The translations under genes were made by a program, and so were the position numbers. Source: Flavobacterium sp. (GTDB lineage: Bacteria; Bacteroidota; Bacteroidia; Flavobacteriales; Flavobacteriaceae). Taken from it: a stretch of DNA of 56,838 nucleotides. Numbering within the stretch: the first letter of the stretch is position 1; each line of letters starts with the position of its first letter. A model generated the notes under the pieces. That model was not told the DNA's origin. It saw only the letters and a list, made by a program, of their open reading frames with translations, and ran no database searches. This document shows positions 9,904 to 19,531 of this stretch, one piece after another. The stretch lies in assembly GCF_017995345.1 (NCBI RefSeq), contig NZ_JAGOJA010000003.1; one strand, written 5' to 3'.

Positions 9904-10518
9904 ATGCATGAAATTAAAATCATAAAATCGGGTAAAGAAAAGGCTGAAAAAGCGTTAATTCTAATTCATGGACGAGGAAGTAATGCAAATGATATTTTGG
10001 GTCTATCTTCCAATTTAAATACCGCTGATTTTGCCTTTTATGCGCCAGAAGCAACCAATAATACTTGGTATCCACACTCTTTTTTGGCTGTACCTCAAGA
10101 CAATGAACCTTGGCTGTCATCTGCATTAGAATTAGTACATCAAACCGTTGTTCAAATTGAAAAAGAAGGTATAGCTAAAGAAAATATTTACTTTTTGGGT
10201 TTTTCCCAAGGTGCGTGTTTAACTGCCGAATATGTTGCTCGTAATGCTACAAAATATGGTGGAGTCGTTATTTTTACCGGTGGTTTAATAGGCGATACAA
10301 TTTATAATGAAAATTATAAAGGTGATTTTCAAAATACTCCCGTTTTCATCGGAACCAGTAATCCCGACTTTCATGTTCCCGTAGAACGTGTTTATGCTAC
10401 CACCAATATTCTAAAAAGTATGGGAGCTGATGTTACTGAGAAAATATACAACAACATGGGACATACCATTTCAATGGATGAAATAGAATGGGCCAATAAA
10501 CTTATTTTTAAAACCTAA
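9904..10518 (+). CDS. Phospholipase/carboxylesterase (MhqD-like alpha/beta hydrolase)
   Basis: HGRG, GFSQG nucleophile elbow, MGHTI; ATG at 9904 preferred over the overlapping upstream start. Confidence 0.88.
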   Translation: MHEIKIIKSGKEKAEKALILIHGRGSNANDILGLSSNLNTADFAFYAPEATNNTWYPHSFLAVPQDNEPWLSSALELVHQTVVQIEKEGIAKENIYFLGFSQGACLTAEYVARNATKYGGVVIFTGGLIGDTIYNENYKGDFQNTPVFIGTSNPDFHVPVERVYATTNILKSMGADVTEKIYNNMGHTISMDEIEWANKLIFKT

Positions 10519-10520
10519 TA

Positions 10521-10871
10521 ATGATTGTCATAACACGAGTTTATAGCGATAGCAACGGAGAAAGTCATTTTGAAGACATAAATATCCCCTTAAAAAATTA
10601 TGGGGATATTGGTTTTCTTTCAGAGGAGCAACTGGTAAGGGGAATAATATTTCGCGAAGTTGACCCTTCCTATAACTATGATTTTCACAAAGCGCCGCAG
10701 CGACAATACATCATTTTACTGGATGGTGGTGTCGAAATTGAAACTTCTCTTGGAGTCAAACGAACATTTAATACTGGCGAAATTTTATTAGTCGAAGATA
10801 CAAGTGGAAAAGGGCACAAAACTAAAAATTTAGAGAACCGAATTCGGAAATCGATATTTATACCAATTTAG
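10521..10871 (+). CDS. Cupin-like hypothetical protein
   Basis: FHKAPQRQY..LLDG.VEI, EDTSGKGH motifs. Confidence 0.7.
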   Translation: MIVITRVYSDSNGESHFEDINIPLKNYGDIGFLSEEQLVRGIIFREVDPSYNYDFHKAPQRQYIILLDGGVEIETSLGVKRTFNTGEILLVEDTSGKGHKTKNLENRIRKSIFIPI

Positions 10872-11265
10872 CTATTGAATGCCGTGTTGAAGGCATCTAA
10901 TGGCTAAATTGGTACAAGCCAACTATAACACCATTTCGTTATACTTTACAGCCTAAAAACATAACTTTTTTTCCGTATTTTGCTGACTCTCAATAAAAAC
11001 ATATAATTTTGATGATAGAAAGAACAAGATTAAAGAAGTTATAAATACAAAAATGAAAATTTCTCAATTATTACTAAAACCTAGTCACTGTTTGATCATA
11101 TTTCTGCATTCTGAAGGATTCCTATACCCACATACAGGATACTGTAAATTATGATTAAAGAAGTTAGACTTATTCTGATATTTATAGAAGAGAAAAAGAA
11201 ATTACAATTTATATATGATAAATTTATAATCTGAAGTTATAGACCTCAATAAAAGGATGCTCTTT

Positions 11266-11308
11266 TGAACTGCCTCCATCAGTCTTATACTTTTTTGAGG
11301 GCAGTGCA
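11266..11308. mobile_element. Short palindromic element resembling fused IS3-family ends
   Basis: TGAACTGCC...GGCAGTGCA with TG/CA termini; no transposase nearby. Confidence 0.45.
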
Positions 11309-11330
11309 ATTCAAAGTTGCTTCTATGTTA

Positions 11331-11576
11331 CTATTTTCTATAATTTCCTTTCGGCAAATAATAAAGCCAGCTAAAACCTATCAAGAACAATATTAGAGAA
11401 GCTATAAATGCGGGAATGAGAATTTCTTTATTATTATCTAAAGCATTGTTCAACGAAGCATATAACAACCAGATTTGGATAGTCACATTTAATATTAAAA
11501 TGAATATCAGCGTCGAAAGGATGTTGTTTAGCTTGTTAGGATTCGCTTTGTTCTGGCTTGTTCTAAAATTACTCAT
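11331..11576 (-). CDS. Small two-TM membrane protein (DUF6755-like), last gene of the Mo-enzyme operon
   Basis: Two hydrophobic helices, IQIWLL motif; family name recalled, not searched. Confidence 0.7.
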   Translation of the reverse strand: MSNFRTSQNKANPNKLNNILSTLIFILILNVTIQIWLLYASLNNALDNNKEILIPAFIASLILFLIGFSWLYYLPKGNYRK

Positions 11577-11604
11577 AACAATTGAATTTAATTATTTCTG
11601 ATTC

Positions 11605-12117
11605 TTAACTCAGTACTTTTTCTTCGGATGCTTTCACGTAAATATCGTTGTCTTTGAAGAACACTTCTAGTTTAGGTAAAGCTCTTGGCGGTGGACCTGC
11701 AATTACATCTCCCGTCATAGCATCAAACGAACCTTCGTGACAGGGACAATGAATAATTCCGGTTCCCGGCTTGTAAAAAACGGAACAGGAAAGATGAGTA
11801 CATTTTTGCTCATAAGCCTTGTATTCTCCATTTTCAAGATGAATTAATATATAAGGAACGGTACTCCCTTCAATAACAAAACCGCGAGTTCCACCTACCG
11901 GAACTTCGTCTAGCTTGCAAACAAAATGTTCACCAGCCACCTCTTCCTTTGGCAACAAATACGCTTTGGCAGCGACCAAACCACTTCCAACCATTAACCC
12001 TCCAGAAACTAGTGTCAGGAATTTCGCAAAATCACGACGACTTACTTGTGTGGCTTCTTGTTTTAAAATTGGAAAATCTTTTTTCCAGTTTTTATTTAAA
12101 TTATCTTCTTTTGACAT
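11605..12117 (-). CDS. Rieske [2Fe-2S] protein with Tat motif and membrane anchor
   Basis: SRRDFAK followed by a hydrophobic helix; CTHLSC and CPCHEG boxes; GPPPRAL. Confidence 0.92.
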   Translation of the reverse strand: MSKEDNLNKNWKKDFPILKQEATQVSRRDFAKFLTLVSGGLMVGSGLVAAKAYLLPKEEVAGEHFVCKLDEVPVGGTRGFVIEGSTVPYILIHLENGEYKAYEQKCTHLSCSVFYKPGTGIIHCPCHEGSFDAMTGDVIAGPPPRALPKLEVFFKDNDIYVKASEEKVLS

Positions 12118-12190
12118 TTTTTAAAGTTTAAAGTTTAAAGTTCCATGCTTACAGTTGTACTACTACTTTTTCACAATTCACTTTTCACGA

Positions 12191-12760
12191 CTAATATATT
12201 ATCAACTCAGTACTGCCTTTAGGCATCATGATATTCACTTTGGTATTTACAATCTCTTTTCCAAAAACAAAGGTATTTACAGGAGTACTGTTTGGGCGCA
12301 TTTCTTCGATTTCTGCTTTGGTACCGTAGAACAACGCTCCACTAGGGCAAACGGTGGCGCACATTGGTTTTTTTCCAACGCTTGTTCTGTCATAACACAT
12401 AGTACACTTCATCATCAAATCGTACTCTTCTATTTTTTTTGGCACACCAAAGGGACAAGCAATCACGCAATTCGAACAACCGATACACCTTTCGGTATTG
12501 GCTGTATGCACAATTCCGAATTCGTCTTTTGATATCGCATCAGCGGGGCATACACTAGCGCAAACAGGATCGTCACAATGCATACACACCTGGACTGTCG
12601 TTTGAACGGTTGAAGCACGATCAACATAATTGACATGAATCATAGAGTCCTGCCCGTTTGTTTCACATTCGGCGCAAGCCATCTCGCAAGCTTTACAACC
12701 AATGCAACGTTGCATATCTACAAAAAACTCTTCATTTGTATTGAAACTGGTATAGTTCAT
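12191..12760 (-). CDS. Four-cluster [4Fe-4S] electron-transfer subunit (DmsB/NrfC-like)
   Basis: [41 protein letters not shown]...CATVCP; no signal peptide. Confidence 0.92.
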   Translation of the reverse strand: MNYTSFNTNEEFFVDMQRCIGCKACEMACAECETNGQDSMIHVNYVDRASTVQTTVQVCMHCDDPVCASVCPADAISKDEFGIVHTANTERCIGCSNCVIACPFGVPKKIEEYDLMMKCTMCYDRTSVGKKPMCATVCPSGALFYGTKAEIEEMRPNSTPVNTFVFGKEIVNTKVNIMMPKGSTELIIY

Positions 12761-12779
12761 ATTTTAGTTTTTTTATAGA

Positions 12780-14996
12780 TTAAACACTGGCATAAGCATT
12801 AGATTCTTTGGATGGTGGCGCAATTTCTTTGAGCGGTTCTAAGTGACAGGCACAAACCTTAAATTCCGGTATTTTTGAAATTGGGTCTAATGTTCCTGGT
12901 GTTAAGAGGTTTGCTGATTTTTTTCCAGACCAGTGATACGGAATAAAAACAGTATCTTCTCTAATGGTTTCCACAATATTCGCAGGAAAAATTCCTTCTC
13001 CTCTCCGAGTAGAAACCTTGATTAATTCTCTTTGTTGAATACCGTATTGTTTGGCTAAATTAGGATGAATTTCTAATAATGGCTCGGGAAATTGATCTAC
13101 TAACTTTCCAATTCTACGCGTTTGTGTTCCGCTTAGATATTGAGAAACAACACGGCCTGTGGTTAAAATTATAGGATAATCTGCATCGGTTACTTCTCCT
13201 GGAAGTTTGTATGGTGCCGGATTAAAATGCGCTTTCCCATCAGGTGTTTTGAATTTTTTATCTTCCCATAAACGAGGAGTACCAGGATGGTCTTCTGTTG
13301 GACATGGCCAAAAAACTCCCATATTCTCTTCGATTCTTTTGTAGGTGATACCATTATAATCAGCTGTTCCTCCTTTTGAAGCAACACGTAATTCGTTAAA
13401 AATCGCTTCGTTGGTATCATAGGTGAATTTATCTTCTTCACCCAAGCGTTTTGCTATTTCTAATATGATAGAAGTATCCGTTCTTGCATCTCCGGGAGGT
13501 GTTACCGCCTGACGAATTCTGATTACTCTTCCCTCAGCTGAGGTGGTTGTTCCTTCTTCCTCTTCTTGCAAAGAACCCGCAAGAACAATATCGGCATGGC
13601 GCGCAGTTTCGTTTAGGAAAAAATCGATACAAACATAAAATTCCAATTTCTCTAAGGCTTCTCTAACATAGTTACTATTAGGCAACGACACTAACGGATT
13701 GAAACAAATAGACAACAATCCTTTGATCTCACCACGGTGAATGGCTTCGATAATTTCATAAGCCGAAAGCCCTTTTCCAGGCATATCCTTTTCATCAATT
13801 CCCCAAACATCCGCAATATACTTACGGTGCTCTGGATTTTCGATATCTCGATTTCCGGGTAATTGATCGCATTTATGACCGTGTTCTCTTCCTCCCTGAC
13901 CATTTCCTTGACCAGTAATAGTCCCATATCCACAATACGGTTTTCCTATTCGTCCTGTTGCCAGAACCAAATTAATACAACCTAAAACGTTATCTACTCC
14001 TTTAGAATGGTGTTCAATTCCGCGGGCATGAAGCAAGAAACTGGTTTTGGCTTTACCCCATAACTCAGCGGCCTCTTTTATTTTTTCTTTCTTGATTCCA
14101 GTAACTTCTTCTGCCCATTCTAAGGTATAATCCTTAACCGAGTCTAAGGTAACGTCAAATCCAGAAGTATAATTATCTATAAAATCATGATCCAGCATGT
14201 CATGATCCACAAGGTATTTCAGCATGGCTCCGTAAAGCGCTGAATCAGTACCTGGTTTTACGTCTAAATGCACATCGGCAGTTCTGGCAAGCGGAATCAT
14301 TCTTGGATCGATTACAATCAGTTTGGCTCCGCGATCTCTCGCTTTCCAAATCCAGTGTGTCAATGTTGGAAAAGTTTCACTAATATTGGCACCAGCCACA
14401 ATAATCACTTCGGCATATTCTAAATCTGAATAAGTATTTGAAGCGCGGTCTAATCCAAATGCTTTTTTGTTCCCCGCACCGGCGCTCACCATACACAAAC
14501 GGCCGTTATAATCTAGGTTCTTTGTTTTTACAGCCACACGAGCAAATTTACCCATGAGGTAACTTTTTTCATTGGTTAATGAAACACCCGAAAGTATCGA
14601 AAAAGCATCTTTGCCATATTGTTCCTGAATGCGTTTAATTTCCGAAACCGTTTTATCCATCGCTTCATCCCACGAAATAGGTTCAAAACCTTTTCCTTCT
14701 ACCCTTTTTATAGGGCCTAACAAACGGTCAGGATGATTGTTTTGCAGGTAGCGTTGTACTCCTTTTGGACAAAGACGACCTTCATTAAAAGGAAATTCCA
14801 TCCACGGTTCAAAACCAACTACTTTATTGCTTTTAACTAACAATTGAATTCCGCATTGCATACCACAAAAGCAACAATGTGTTTTCACCACTTCATCCGG
14901 TTCGTCCCTTCCGTCATAGCCTTCTTTTGGACTATAATTTAGATGCGGACCAAAATCTTCTATTATTTTTTCTGCTGAAACAGGTAATTTTGCCAT
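12780..14996 (-). CDS. Mo-bisPGD oxidoreductase of the NasA/NapA type, probable nitrate reductase catalytic subunit
   Basis: CCFCGMQC...LCPKG Fe-S motif; NGRLCMVSA (Cys ligand followed by Met); [11 protein letters not shown]; [10 protein letters not shown]; no signal peptide. Confidence 0.85.
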   Translation of the reverse strand: MAKLPVSAEKIIEDFGPHLNYSPKEGYDGRDEPDEVVKTHCCFCGMQCGIQLLVKSNKVVGFEPWMEFPFNEGRLCPKGVQRYLQNNHPDRLLGPIKRVEGKGFEPISWDEAMDKTVSEIKRIQEQYGKDAFSILSGVSLTNEKSYLMGKFARVAVKTKNLDYNGRLCMVSAGAGNKKAFGLDRASNTYSDLEYAEVIIVAGANISETFPTLTHWIWKARDRGAKLIVIDPRMIPLARTADVHLDVKPGTDSALYGAMLKYLVDHDMLDHDFIDNYTSGFDVTLDSVKDYTLEWAEEVTGIKKEKIKEAAELWGKAKTSFLLHARGIEHHSKGVDNVLGCINLVLATGRIGKPYCGYGTITGQGNGQGGREHGHKCDQLPGNRDIENPEHRKYIADVWGIDEKDMPGKGLSAYEIIEAIHRGEIKGLLSICFNPLVSLPNSNYVREALEKLEFYVCIDFFLNETARHADIVLAGSLQEEEEGTTTSAEGRVIRIRQAVTPPGDARTDTSIILEIAKRLGEEDKFTYDTNEAIFNELRVASKGGTADYNGITYKRIEENMGVFWPCPTEDHPGTPRLWEDKKFKTPDGKAHFNPAPYKLPGEVTDADYPIILTTGRVVSQYLSGTQTRRIGKLVDQFPEPLLEIHPNLAKQYGIQQRELIKVSTRRGEGIFPANIVETIREDTVFIPYHWSGKKSANLLTPGTLDPISKIPEFKVCACHLEPLKEIAPPSKESNAYASV

Positions 14997-15097
14997 GTTT
15001 ATATATTTTTTATTCTTGATTTTTCTTTGTGTTATTTTTATACCCCAATTGTAAATTGCGATGGAACACTAAAGACTAAACATTGATTGTTTATAAA

Positions 15098-16147
15098 TTA
15101 TCCAAATAAATTACCGCCTGCTTCTCTTGCTTTCAAATGGGCTTGTGCTAAACGGGATCTTTTTCCTTCAGGACTTAAATCCAAATGGGAACCACCATCT
15201 TCCATACTGAAATCAAAACCAAGTTCTTTCGTTACCGTTTTAAGGTCATTGATGTGTAAATTTGTAGCATACTCTTCTCCTGTATGCTTGCAAACCGCCA
15301 TTCCTTGCTTCATCCCTTGTTTCTTGTAAATATGAGCGCCAATCTGTGCTGGACGTTGAATAATATGAAAGAATTTCCCAAAAGGAATCCAAATCAAAAA
15401 CATAATAACAGTCACGGCATGAATTACGGCCAAGAAATCAAAAGCAAAACCTTTCATAAACTGATACGAATAGGTTAATCCTAATCCTGTTACTGATATG
15501 GCAATCAATAAAATAAGAGGCAATAAATCTCCTTCAAATGACTGCGTAGCAATTAACCCCGGATTAGTCAAACGTCTTCTTAAATAATACAACGAACCCA
15601 AAATCACTAAATAAGAAGACCAGTTTAACGCATGAAAGGTCAAAAAAGCCATTATAGAACCAAGTTGAAACTCCATCACTTTAAAACCAAAAAAATGAGC
15701 TTCATACAACGATATGTTATTTGGAGCCATGGTAAAATGAATCCATCCGAAAGTCAAAGGAATTGTAATTAAAAATGCCGACGTACACCCTACAGCTATC
15801 ATAAAATGCGCAACCCATCGGTACTTTCCTCTTGGGTAAATAAATTTCTGGAAAGCGATGTTTTCAATGGTTTCTTTGGAAGCAAACCAAAGATGCGAAA
15901 ACACTTTCCCCGTAACTAAATAGGTAATCCCTCTCTTAAAATAAATCCATGTGGGTGGTCTTTGTAACCAAACTGAATAGCGGTACACAATCCCAAAAAA
16001 AGCGAAAACCGTCCCAAATAAATAGGTTACTAAAGCGGCATCAAAATTCTGTAAATTCCTGGAACCAAAAAACACCAGCACAATACAGAATATTGACATT
16101 CCAGTAGCTATTAGTAAGGCCTTGGTATTAAAAGTTTTATTTTTCAT
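15098..16147 (-). CDS. Polytopic membrane protein, NarI/DsrM-like putative b-type cytochrome
   Basis: About 6-7 TM helices; His in or near helices (VAHFM, TFHAL, VIHAV); PFGKFFH motif as in the NarI family. Confidence 0.65.
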   Translation of the reverse strand: MKNKTFNTKALLIATGMSIFCIVLVFFGSRNLQNFDAALVTYLFGTVFAFFGIVYRYSVWLQRPPTWIYFKRGITYLVTGKVFSHLWFASKETIENIAFQKFIYPRGKYRWVAHFMIAVGCTSAFLITIPLTFGWIHFTMAPNNISLYEAHFFGFKVMEFQLGSIMAFLTFHALNWSSYLVILGSLYYLRRRLTNPGLIATQSFEGDLLPLILLIAISVTGLGLTYSYQFMKGFAFDFLAVIHAVTVIMFLIWIPFGKFFHIIQRPAQIGAHIYKKQGMKQGMAVCKHTGEEYATNLHINDLKTVTKELGFDFSMEDGGSHLDLSPEGKRSRLAQAHLKAREAGGNLFG

Positions 16148-16191
16148 TTCTTGATTTTTAATAAATTGTATCTAAGTCGTTTTGTTAAGAA

Positions 16192-16219
16192 ACCTACAAG
16201 ACCCGAAAACCTTGTGGGT
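16192..16219. repeat. REP-like short palindrome
   Basis: acctacaag-N10-cttgtgggt, 8/9 inverted match. Confidence 0.4.
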
Positions 16220-16265
16220 ATATAAAATAATTTCTTTTTTTTTAAAACGAATATGAATTCAAAAA

Positions 16266-17858
16266 CTAACTTGGTTTTTCGCAACCTTTACGGTTATAAA
16301 ACCACCAATTTATCGTTGTTGCTAATATAGTAAAAAGAATCAATCCAATAAAAAATTGATTTGCACCACCATTAGTAGCAATATTACTTCCTATTAAAGA
16401 GGCAAAAATAAATGGTCCGAATGCCGCAATTGCTGCAGTCCATCCTATTACTCCAGCTGCCTGACGTTGATTCTCAGAAAAGATAATAGGATATTGTCTA
16501 AAAGTGCCCGCATTACCAATTCCTGTGAAGAAGAACATTACTAAAATTACTCCTACAAAAAGTGGAAATTGCTCCATACTTGTTGGGACTACTAACCCTT
16601 GACTTACTAAAATTACAGCACCTCCTAAAATCCCCAATCCTGTGATCGTTGTCAATATTGCTCCTCCCACTTTGTCAGCAACAAACCCAAAAACAATTCT
16701 GCTGGCCGAACCAATTAAAGGCCCGTAAAAAGCATATTTCAGAGGATCTGGTGCATTTGGAAATTCTCCATATAAAAATTTAATCATCAACGGAAAGGCT
16801 GCAGATAAGCCCGCAAAAGTTCCAAAAGTCATTACATAAGTTATCGTACAATACCAAGTATGTTTGTTGCTAAAAATATCCATCTGCTCTTTGATAGAAG
16901 CTTTCATTGGAATACTTCTCAAATAAAACCAACTCAAAATAGCCATGATAATTAAAAAAGGAACATACCAAAAAGTGGCAGATTGAATATAAATATCCTT
17001 ATTAATTACCGCATGATTACCTGGATGCAACTTATTTAAAAAAATCTGAGCCAATTTTGGATTAGCATTGTCAATTATTTTTGCTTTTACTTTCAAAGGT
17101 AATGATACAAAAACTTGGGAGTTGTCTTTGGAGTTGATTGCTTTACAAACAGAGTCCATCACTTTTGAATCTACATTAGACAAAATAGCCTTTTGTTTTT
17201 TCGGATCTATTGTAGAAAATAGTTCGGCTTGTTTTTCTAGGCTTGTATTGGCAAAAATTTGTTTTGCTTCTTTTACTTCTATTTTGGTAAAAGTAGATGG
17301 AGGGCCATAAAGAGCCACACTAAGAACTACAGGAGTAACAAACTGTGCCAAGGAAACACCAAAGTTTCCAATACCAGCCTGAATCCCCAAGGCCGTTCCT
17401 TTCAATCTTTTTGGAAAAAACAAACTTGTGCTCGGCATATAAGATGAAAAATCTCCACCACCAAAACCAGTTGCAAAGGCTAAAATCATAAACAACCAAA
17501 AAGGAGTTGCTGGATTCATTACTGCAATTCCAATTCCAATTACGGGAAGCAATTTAATTAATGTAGCAAAGGTCACTACATGCCTAGTTCCAAATATTGG
17601 CAAAATAAAAGTATGAATAATTCTTAAAATACCTGCCGCTAATCCAGGAACCGCTGCTAACCAAAAAAGTTGGTTTTTAGTATATGAAAAACCAAGTCCT
17701 GGTAACTTTACAACAATTACACTCATGATAAACCATGAGGCAAAAGATAAAATTAATGTAAGTGTTGTAATGGTAAGGGTTTTCCAAGCTATTTTGCTTC
17801 CCGTTTCATTCCAGAATTTTTCATCTTCCGGTTCCCATTTGTCTAGCCAAGTTTTCAT
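16266..17858 (-). CDS. narK: NarK2-type nitrate/nitrite MFS transporter with a large soluble insertion
   Basis: WEPEDEKFW start, GFGGGDFSS, GIGNFG, both conserved Arg (LRII, SRIV), GIGNAGTF. Confidence 0.88.
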   Translation of the reverse strand: MKTWLDKWEPEDEKFWNETGSKIAWKTLTITTLTLILSFASWFIMSVIVVKLPGLGFSYTKNQLFWLAAVPGLAAGILRIIHTFILPIFGTRHVVTFATLIKLLPVIGIGIAVMNPATPFWLFMILAFATGFGGGDFSSYMPSTSLFFPKRLKGTALGIQAGIGNFGVSLAQFVTPVVLSVALYGPPSTFTKIEVKEAKQIFANTSLEKQAELFSTIDPKKQKAILSNVDSKVMDSVCKAINSKDNSQVFVSLPLKVKAKIIDNANPKLAQIFLNKLHPGNHAVINKDIYIQSATFWYVPFLIIMAILSWFYLRSIPMKASIKEQMDIFSNKHTWYCTITYVMTFGTFAGLSAAFPLMIKFLYGEFPNAPDPLKYAFYGPLIGSASRIVFGFVADKVGGAILTTITGLGILGGAVILVSQGLVVPTSMEQFPLFVGVILVMFFFTGIGNAGTFRQYPIIFSENQRQAAGVIGWTAAIAAFGPFIFASLIGSNIATNGGANQFFIGLILFTILATTINWWFYNRKGCEKPS

Positions 17859-17949
17859 ATTAGATTGGTTTAATTTATTTTGATTTTTATTTAATGGTTC
17901 TGTCCTTCAACTTTATGACTTTCGACAATAAGACTTGTTCGACTATTTT

Positions 17950-19428
17950 TTAATGATTAATATACTCAATATCCCTAGTAAATCCTGGAGTTGTTTTTCT
18001 AAGGGCATTAATAATGGTTTTGTGCATCCAAATCAAACAAGCTGTGGAAATTGCAAATATGAAAAGCCATGAACTTGTCCAGAGTCCGGTGAAATTCAAG
18101 AGGTAACTAAAGATAATTGGTCCAAAAAAACCACCTAATCCTCCTATCAATCCTACCATTCCGCCCACAACTCCTACTTCATTGGGGAAATATTCTGGAA
18201 TGTGTTTGTAGACTGCCGCTTTACCAATTCCCCATGAAATCCCTATCAGTACCACCAGGATAACATACACCCACATATTAGCTGCAAATTTGATTTGAGT
18301 TACGCCTTTGGCTAACAATTCTTTCTTGCTAACGGCTTGATTTTCTTTGACTACAATTTCTTGCCATGAAGTTTTAATCGGTAAAATGGATGCATCAGTT
18401 AGTTCAACATCTACTTTTGGCTTAATCTTGTAGTCATTATTGTTTAATACTAATCCAGAAGCTGTTACTGAAGTTACAACACCGCTATTATTAGCCATTA
18501 CGCCAGGTCCTGAGGTAAAGATTTCCATTTTTGGAAACATCAATAAGAAACTAATTACCATACTAGAACCCAACACCCAGTACATTACTTTTCTGGCTCC
18601 AAATTTATCTGACAAATACCCTCCAAAAGCTCTAATTACACCACCAGGTAAACTAAATAGGGTTGCAAACATTCCTCCCATAACAAGTGAAGTATGGTAA
18701 ACGTTCATAAAGTTTGGCAACAACCATTGAGAGTAGGCCACAAAACAACCAAAAACCAAGAAGTAATAGGCACCAAACCTCCATACTCTGGCAGATTTTA
18801 ATGGAGTCAGTAATGCTTTTAAGTTTTTAGTATCTCCTTGTGGTTTTTTGTTTTTAGCAAATATTATAAAGAGAACTCCAATAGCGACCAAAACCGCTCC
18901 GTAAGTTATCGGTAGCATTTTCCAGCCATCAGTAGGATCGTTTTTAGAAAAATCATTCAATAAAGTAGGAGCAATAAAAGTAGTGATTGCCGCACCAGCA
19001 TTTCCCATACCAAATATTCCTAAAGCTCTTCCCTGCCAGTTTTGTGGGTACCAAACCGAAGTATAACCAATACCTACTGAAAAACTAGTTCCTATAAGTC
19101 CGAAAAGGAAACTCAGCACGGCAAAACTCCAAAAAGTGTCTGCAAAAGGAAGTAAAAACAAAGGGATAGCACAAAGAAACAATAAGAAGGAGAATATAAT
19201 TTTCCCTCCGTATTTATCGGTTAGAATCCCAATAGGCAGTCGGAAGATGGCGCCAGATAATATGGGAATTCCCAAAAGCCAACCTACTTCTACAACGCTC
19301 CAATTAAAAATGCCTCTATCTACAAGGAAAGTGACCAAAACACCATTTAAAGTCCAACAGGCAAAAGAAACGGTAAATGCTAATGTGTTTAGAAATAATA
19401 TTTTGTGGGATTCTCTTAAACTACTCAT
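17950..19428 (-). CDS. narK: NarK1-type nitrate MFS transporter with a soluble insertion
   Basis: NTLAFTVSFACW, RLPIGILTDKYGG, GRALGIFGMGNAG, RAFGGYLSD, GIGKAAVYKHIP. Confidence 0.88.
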   Translation of the reverse strand: MSSLRESHKILFLNTLAFTVSFACWTLNGVLVTFLVDRGIFNWSVVEVGWLLGIPILSGAIFRLPIGILTDKYGGKIIFSFLLFLCAIPLFLLPFADTFWSFAVLSFLFGLIGTSFSVGIGYTSVWYPQNWQGRALGIFGMGNAGAAITTFIAPTLLNDFSKNDPTDGWKMLPITYGAVLVAIGVLFIIFAKNKKPQGDTKNLKALLTPLKSARVWRFGAYYFLVFGCFVAYSQWLLPNFMNVYHTSLVMGGMFATLFSLPGGVIRAFGGYLSDKFGARKVMYWVLGSSMVISFLLMFPKMEIFTSGPGVMANNSGVVTSVTASGLVLNNNDYKIKPKVDVELTDASILPIKTSWQEIVVKENQAVSKKELLAKGVTQIKFAANMWVYVILVVLIGISWGIGKAAVYKHIPEYFPNEVGVVGGMVGLIGGLGGFFGPIIFSYLLNFTGLWTSSWLFIFAISTACLIWMHKTIINALRKTTPGFTRDIEYINH

Positions 19429-19487
19429 GTTATTTTTAACTTAATTATAAATTAAAATAGGAAAAATCTATCCTGTTTTTAATGGTG

Positions 19488-19531
19488 TGAAATTAAATAG
19501 ATCCTTATTATTAAAACATGATATATGTCAG
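19488..19531 (-). promoter_or_regulatory. FNR-like box and -7-like element upstream of narK1
   Basis: CTGAC-ATAT-ATCAT (19531-19518) centred 29.5 bp before TAATTTCA (19495-19488), the same spacing as in the 89-bp units. Confidence 0.55.

Noticed and set aside
11605-12117. Cytochrome bc1 operon or NirD
   Set aside because: No PetB or cytochrome c1 gene; the Tat anchor and disulfide cysteines do not fit NirD, and nirB is absent
12780-14996. Formate dehydrogenase (suggested by nearby pflB) or arsenite oxidase (suggested by the Rieske gene)
   Set aside because: The Mo-ligand Cys is followed by Met, not His, and Thr replaces the FDH Arg before GQ; AioA lacks a Cys ligand and has a [3Fe-4S] motif; there is no in-frame TGA for selenocysteine
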